DNA from: Alphaproteobacteria bacterium
Lineage (GTDB): Bacteria > Pseudomonadota > Alphaproteobacteria > Holosporales > JBOFFI01
DNA length: 39,981 bases
Assembly (NCBI GenBank): GCA_051657245.1
Contig: JBOFKI010000057.1
Location: 1 to 39,981, forward strand
Direction of reading: 5' to 3'
Position numbers and translations under genes: made by a program. Shown one piece after another: positions 37,331-39,981 of the stretch. Under the pieces are notes generated by a model that worked only from the letters and a program-made list of their open reading frames with translations, ran no database searches and was not told where the DNA came from. Position 1 is the first letter of the stretch. Each line of letters starts with the position of its first letter.

Positions 37331-37670
37331 CCTCATGGTTTCTTCTTTTTTTAAAATTTTTCTGGGGTTTGTTGCTTCACTAGCTTTAAAGTTTTACCAA
37401 ATATTTCGCCCATTTTTTGTGGCGCATCCCGGCCCAACCTGCCGCTTTGTTCCCACCTGTTCGGTTTATTGCGTTCAAATGCTTGAACGTTTTGGCCTTT
37501 GGAAGGGGCTTTTCCTTACGGTGAAAAGGCTTTTAGCTTGTCACCCTTGGGGTGCTTCAGGTGTTGATTTTCAAGATGAATCTGCTACAGTCATTCCGGA
37601 CGTTATCCATCACCCGAGCAGTGTTAAGGGTGAATTGCTTCAAAAAAAGAAAAGAGATTTAAACGTATGA
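37323..37670 (+). CDS. yidD: Membrane protein insertion efficiency factor YidD
   Basis: CRFVPTCSVY, RLLACHPWG.SG.D. Start could be ATG 37335. Confidence 0.9.
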   Translation: MISLMVSSFFKIFLGFVASLALKFYQIFRPFFVAHPGPTCRFVPTCSVYCVQMLERFGLWKGLFLTVKRLLACHPWGASGVDFQDESATVIPDVIHHPSSVKGELLQKKKRDLNV

Positions 37671-39409
37671 TACCTGGCAATCGTAACATTATCATCACCG
37701 TCGTTTTAACGTTATTGATTCTGTTGGGGTCAGAATATTGGCTGCGTCCTAAACAAGCTCCAACTCCCCAGGAGCCTCAAGGTGTCTCTAGCGCACCGCT
37801 TCAAAACCCCCAGGCCCAACCTGATCAGCGTGTTGTGGGACGCCCTGTAAGTCCTTCGCTTCCTATGGGTTCCGTTCCAAAACTTCCCCGGGAACAGCTC
37901 CTGCAACAGGGAGAACGTCTCAAAATTCAAACGCCTTCCTTGCAAGGTTCTCTAAGGCTTCAAGGGGCAATATTCGATGATTTGTTGCTGAAAAAATATC
38001 GCGAACAGCTAGATCTATCCAGCCCTCAGATTGTTTTGCTGTCCCCTGAACATAGTGAGAATCCTTATCAAGCTTTTATGGGATGGTACAGCCCTGATAC
38101 GAAACTTCGCCTTCCAGATGCTCAAACCCTTTGGCAGGCAGATCAACACATCTTAACACCTCAGCAGCCAGTTCGCCTAACTTGGGAAAATGGCCAGGGG
38201 ATTACGTTTGAGCAAGTGATTGCTGTTGATGAACATTATTTATTCACCGTTACCCAGCGGGTGTTGAACAAAAGTGGGTCACCTATTTCCCTTGGAACCC
38301 AGGGGCTTGCCTTACGTGGGGGAACACCTCAAACCTCAGGATTTTTTATCTCTTATGAGGGGCCCTTGGGCGTTTTCAACGGCACCCTTAAAGAGGTTCC
38401 TTACAAAGATTTAGTGGAAACCCCCTTGATAGAACAGACAGATTCTCAAGGTTGGATTGGGATTACAGACAAATTTTGGCTGGTGAGCTTGGTTCCTGAA
38501 CAAACCAAAAAAGTGGACAGCGCGTTTCAATATTATGAAAAACAAGCTGGACTGTCTGAAGCTTATCAGGTGTTTTTTCGTGAAAAACTTGAAACCCTCG
38601 CACCTCAAGGTGTTTTAGAGGCAAAAAATTATGTGTTTGCGGGGGCTAAAGAGCTTAATATTCTTGATGACTATGAAAACCGCTATCAAATTCATCATTT
38701 TGATTTGGCCGTAGATTTTGGTTGGTTTTATTTTTTAACAAAGCCTATTTTTTATGCCTTAGCTTGGTTGAAAAATTGGACGGGTAATTTTGGATTTGCC
38801 ATCTTAGTCTTTACCGTTTTGTTGAAGTTGCTCTTTTTTCCCCTTGCGAACAAATCTTATCAGTCCATGGCGCGGATGAAAAAACTCAAACCCCAGCTAG
38901 ATGCTTTAAATAAACGGTATGCTTCAGATAAAACCAGGCTTCATCAAGAAATTTGGGGGCTTTACAAAAAAGAAAAGGTGAACCCCGTTTCAGGTTGTTT
39001 GCCCATGTTGGTTCAAATTCCGGTCTTCTTTGCCCTTTATAAAGTGTTGTTTGTAAGCATTGAGATGCGCCATGCCCCTTTCTTTGGCTGGATCCAAGAC
39101 CTTTCAGCACCAGACCCTACAACATTGTTCAATTTATTTGGCCTTTTACCTTGGACACCTCCTTCATTTTTAATGATCGGAGGCTGGCCTTTGATTATGG
39201 CAGCGACGATGTTCTTTCAACAAAAATTGAATCCTCCCCAAGCTGATCCCATTCAAGAAAAAATGTTTCTCTATGTGATGCCGGTAGTCTTTACAGTGAT
39301 GTTGGCGCAATTCCCTGCAGGGCTTGTCATTTACTGGGCTTGGCATAATGCACTCACCATTTTACAGCAATGGATTGTGATGCACTATTATGAGAAAAGA
39401 TCTGCATAA
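37667..39409 (+). CDS. yidC: Membrane protein insertase YidC
   Basis: DFGWFYFLTKP, GNFGFAI, NPVSGCLPMLVQIPVFFALY, WIQDLSAPDP, PAGLVIYW. Confidence 0.97.
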   Translation: MIPGNRNIIITVVLTLLILLGSEYWLRPKQAPTPQEPQGVSSAPLQNPQAQPDQRVVGRPVSPSLPMGSVPKLPREQLLQQGERLKIQTPSLQGSLRLQGAIFDDLLLKKYREQLDLSSPQIVLLSPEHSENPYQAFMGWYSPDTKLRLPDAQTLWQADQHILTPQQPVRLTWENGQGITFEQVIAVDEHYLFTVTQRVLNKSGSPISLGTQGLALRGGTPQTSGFFISYEGPLGVFNGTLKEVPYKDLVETPLIEQTDSQGWIGITDKFWLVSLVPEQTKKVDSAFQYYEKQAGLSEAYQVFFREKLETLAPQGVLEAKNYVFAGAKELNILDDYENRYQIHHFDLAVDFGWFYFLTKPIFYALAWLKNWTGNFGFAILVFTVLLKLLFFPLANKSYQSMARMKKLKPQLDALNKRYASDKTRLHQEIWGLYKKEKVNPVSGCLPMLVQIPVFFALYKVLFVSIEMRHAPFFGWIQDLSAPDPTTLFNLFGLLPWTPPSFLMIGGWPLIMAATMFFQQKLNPPQADPIQEKMFLYVMPVVFTVMLAQFPAGLVIYWAWHNALTILQQWIVMHYYEKRSA

Positions 39410-39420
39410 ACATCTTTTCC

Positions 39421-39981
39421 TGTCATTCCCGTGGCCTTTTATCATCCCCGCGGCGGCGGGGATCTAGAAAAACCTAAAAAATGCCCCAGAACTTGAAGGC
39501 TGCAGATTAGAAAAGGTTTGCCTGCAAAGACGCTGAAACCTAGATTCCCGCTTTTGCGGGAATGACAAAAAATAGGCAAAAATGACAAAAGAGTATCAGG
39601 GATGAGATATCCAAGGCTTGTATAGCATCAAATTCCGGATCAGAGGAGCAAAACGCAAACGGCTTACGGGCGCAAAGGCCATGGAGAGCTTTGTTTATGG
39701 AGAAAACTGCCGCATGGTTTGCAACACCTCGCACGTTCGCGCTTAAACTCCCCTTTCCGGACAGTAAACGTGAACGCCAGGCTTAATCGTCGCCTTCGTC
39801 AGCATCCTCCCACAGCGTGCTTAAGGTCAGCCAAAGGGAGAACCCCAAGAAAAAGAAACAGTCACTCAGCCCCAAACCGCCCCCTCCTTCCCTTGGGGGG
39901 AAGAAAAAGTGTCGAAGGCGTGAAAGTTTCCGTTGCGCCAGAAAAGAAAAATCGTTTAACATCTTGTTTAGCCTTAAATGA
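39421..39981. mobile_element. Dispersed non-coding element, copy 3 (truncated by the window end)
   Basis: Left REP doublet nearly identical to copy 1; core colinear with copy 2 and lacking the MITE; starts 12 nt after the yidC stop. Confidence 0.85.

Overview
Chromosomal window from what looks like a host-associated (Holosporales/Rickettsiales-like) alphaproteobacterium; this assignment is inferred from gene content and order only. Housekeeping genes: uvrA, eno, nrdAB with tandem NrdR boxes, rlpA, the ftsEX-ydcF-plsC-DUF2125 operon, secA, tsaB, ftsW-murG, rpmH-rnpA-yidD-yidC and tRNA-Glu. Interspersed are candidate host-interaction genes: three signal-peptide + F-box(-LRR) proteins (one frameshifted), a 7-repeat propeller-like surface protein, a patatin and a PLD. 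The most striking feature is a dispersed ~0.92-1.09 kb non-coding element present three times in the same orientation (13879-14967, 32293-33233, 39421->39981). It is bracketed by REP/RPE-like palindrome doublets. The two complete copies carry a conserved sigma70-like promoter on the minus strand, followed by ~570-690 nt that fold into several stems, and differences between copies preserve minus-strand pairing. This is a candidate large, mobile, structured ncRNA that I do not recognise. Copy 1 also carries a nested 130-bp ERIC/RPE-like MITE. All folding and alignment was done by eye.
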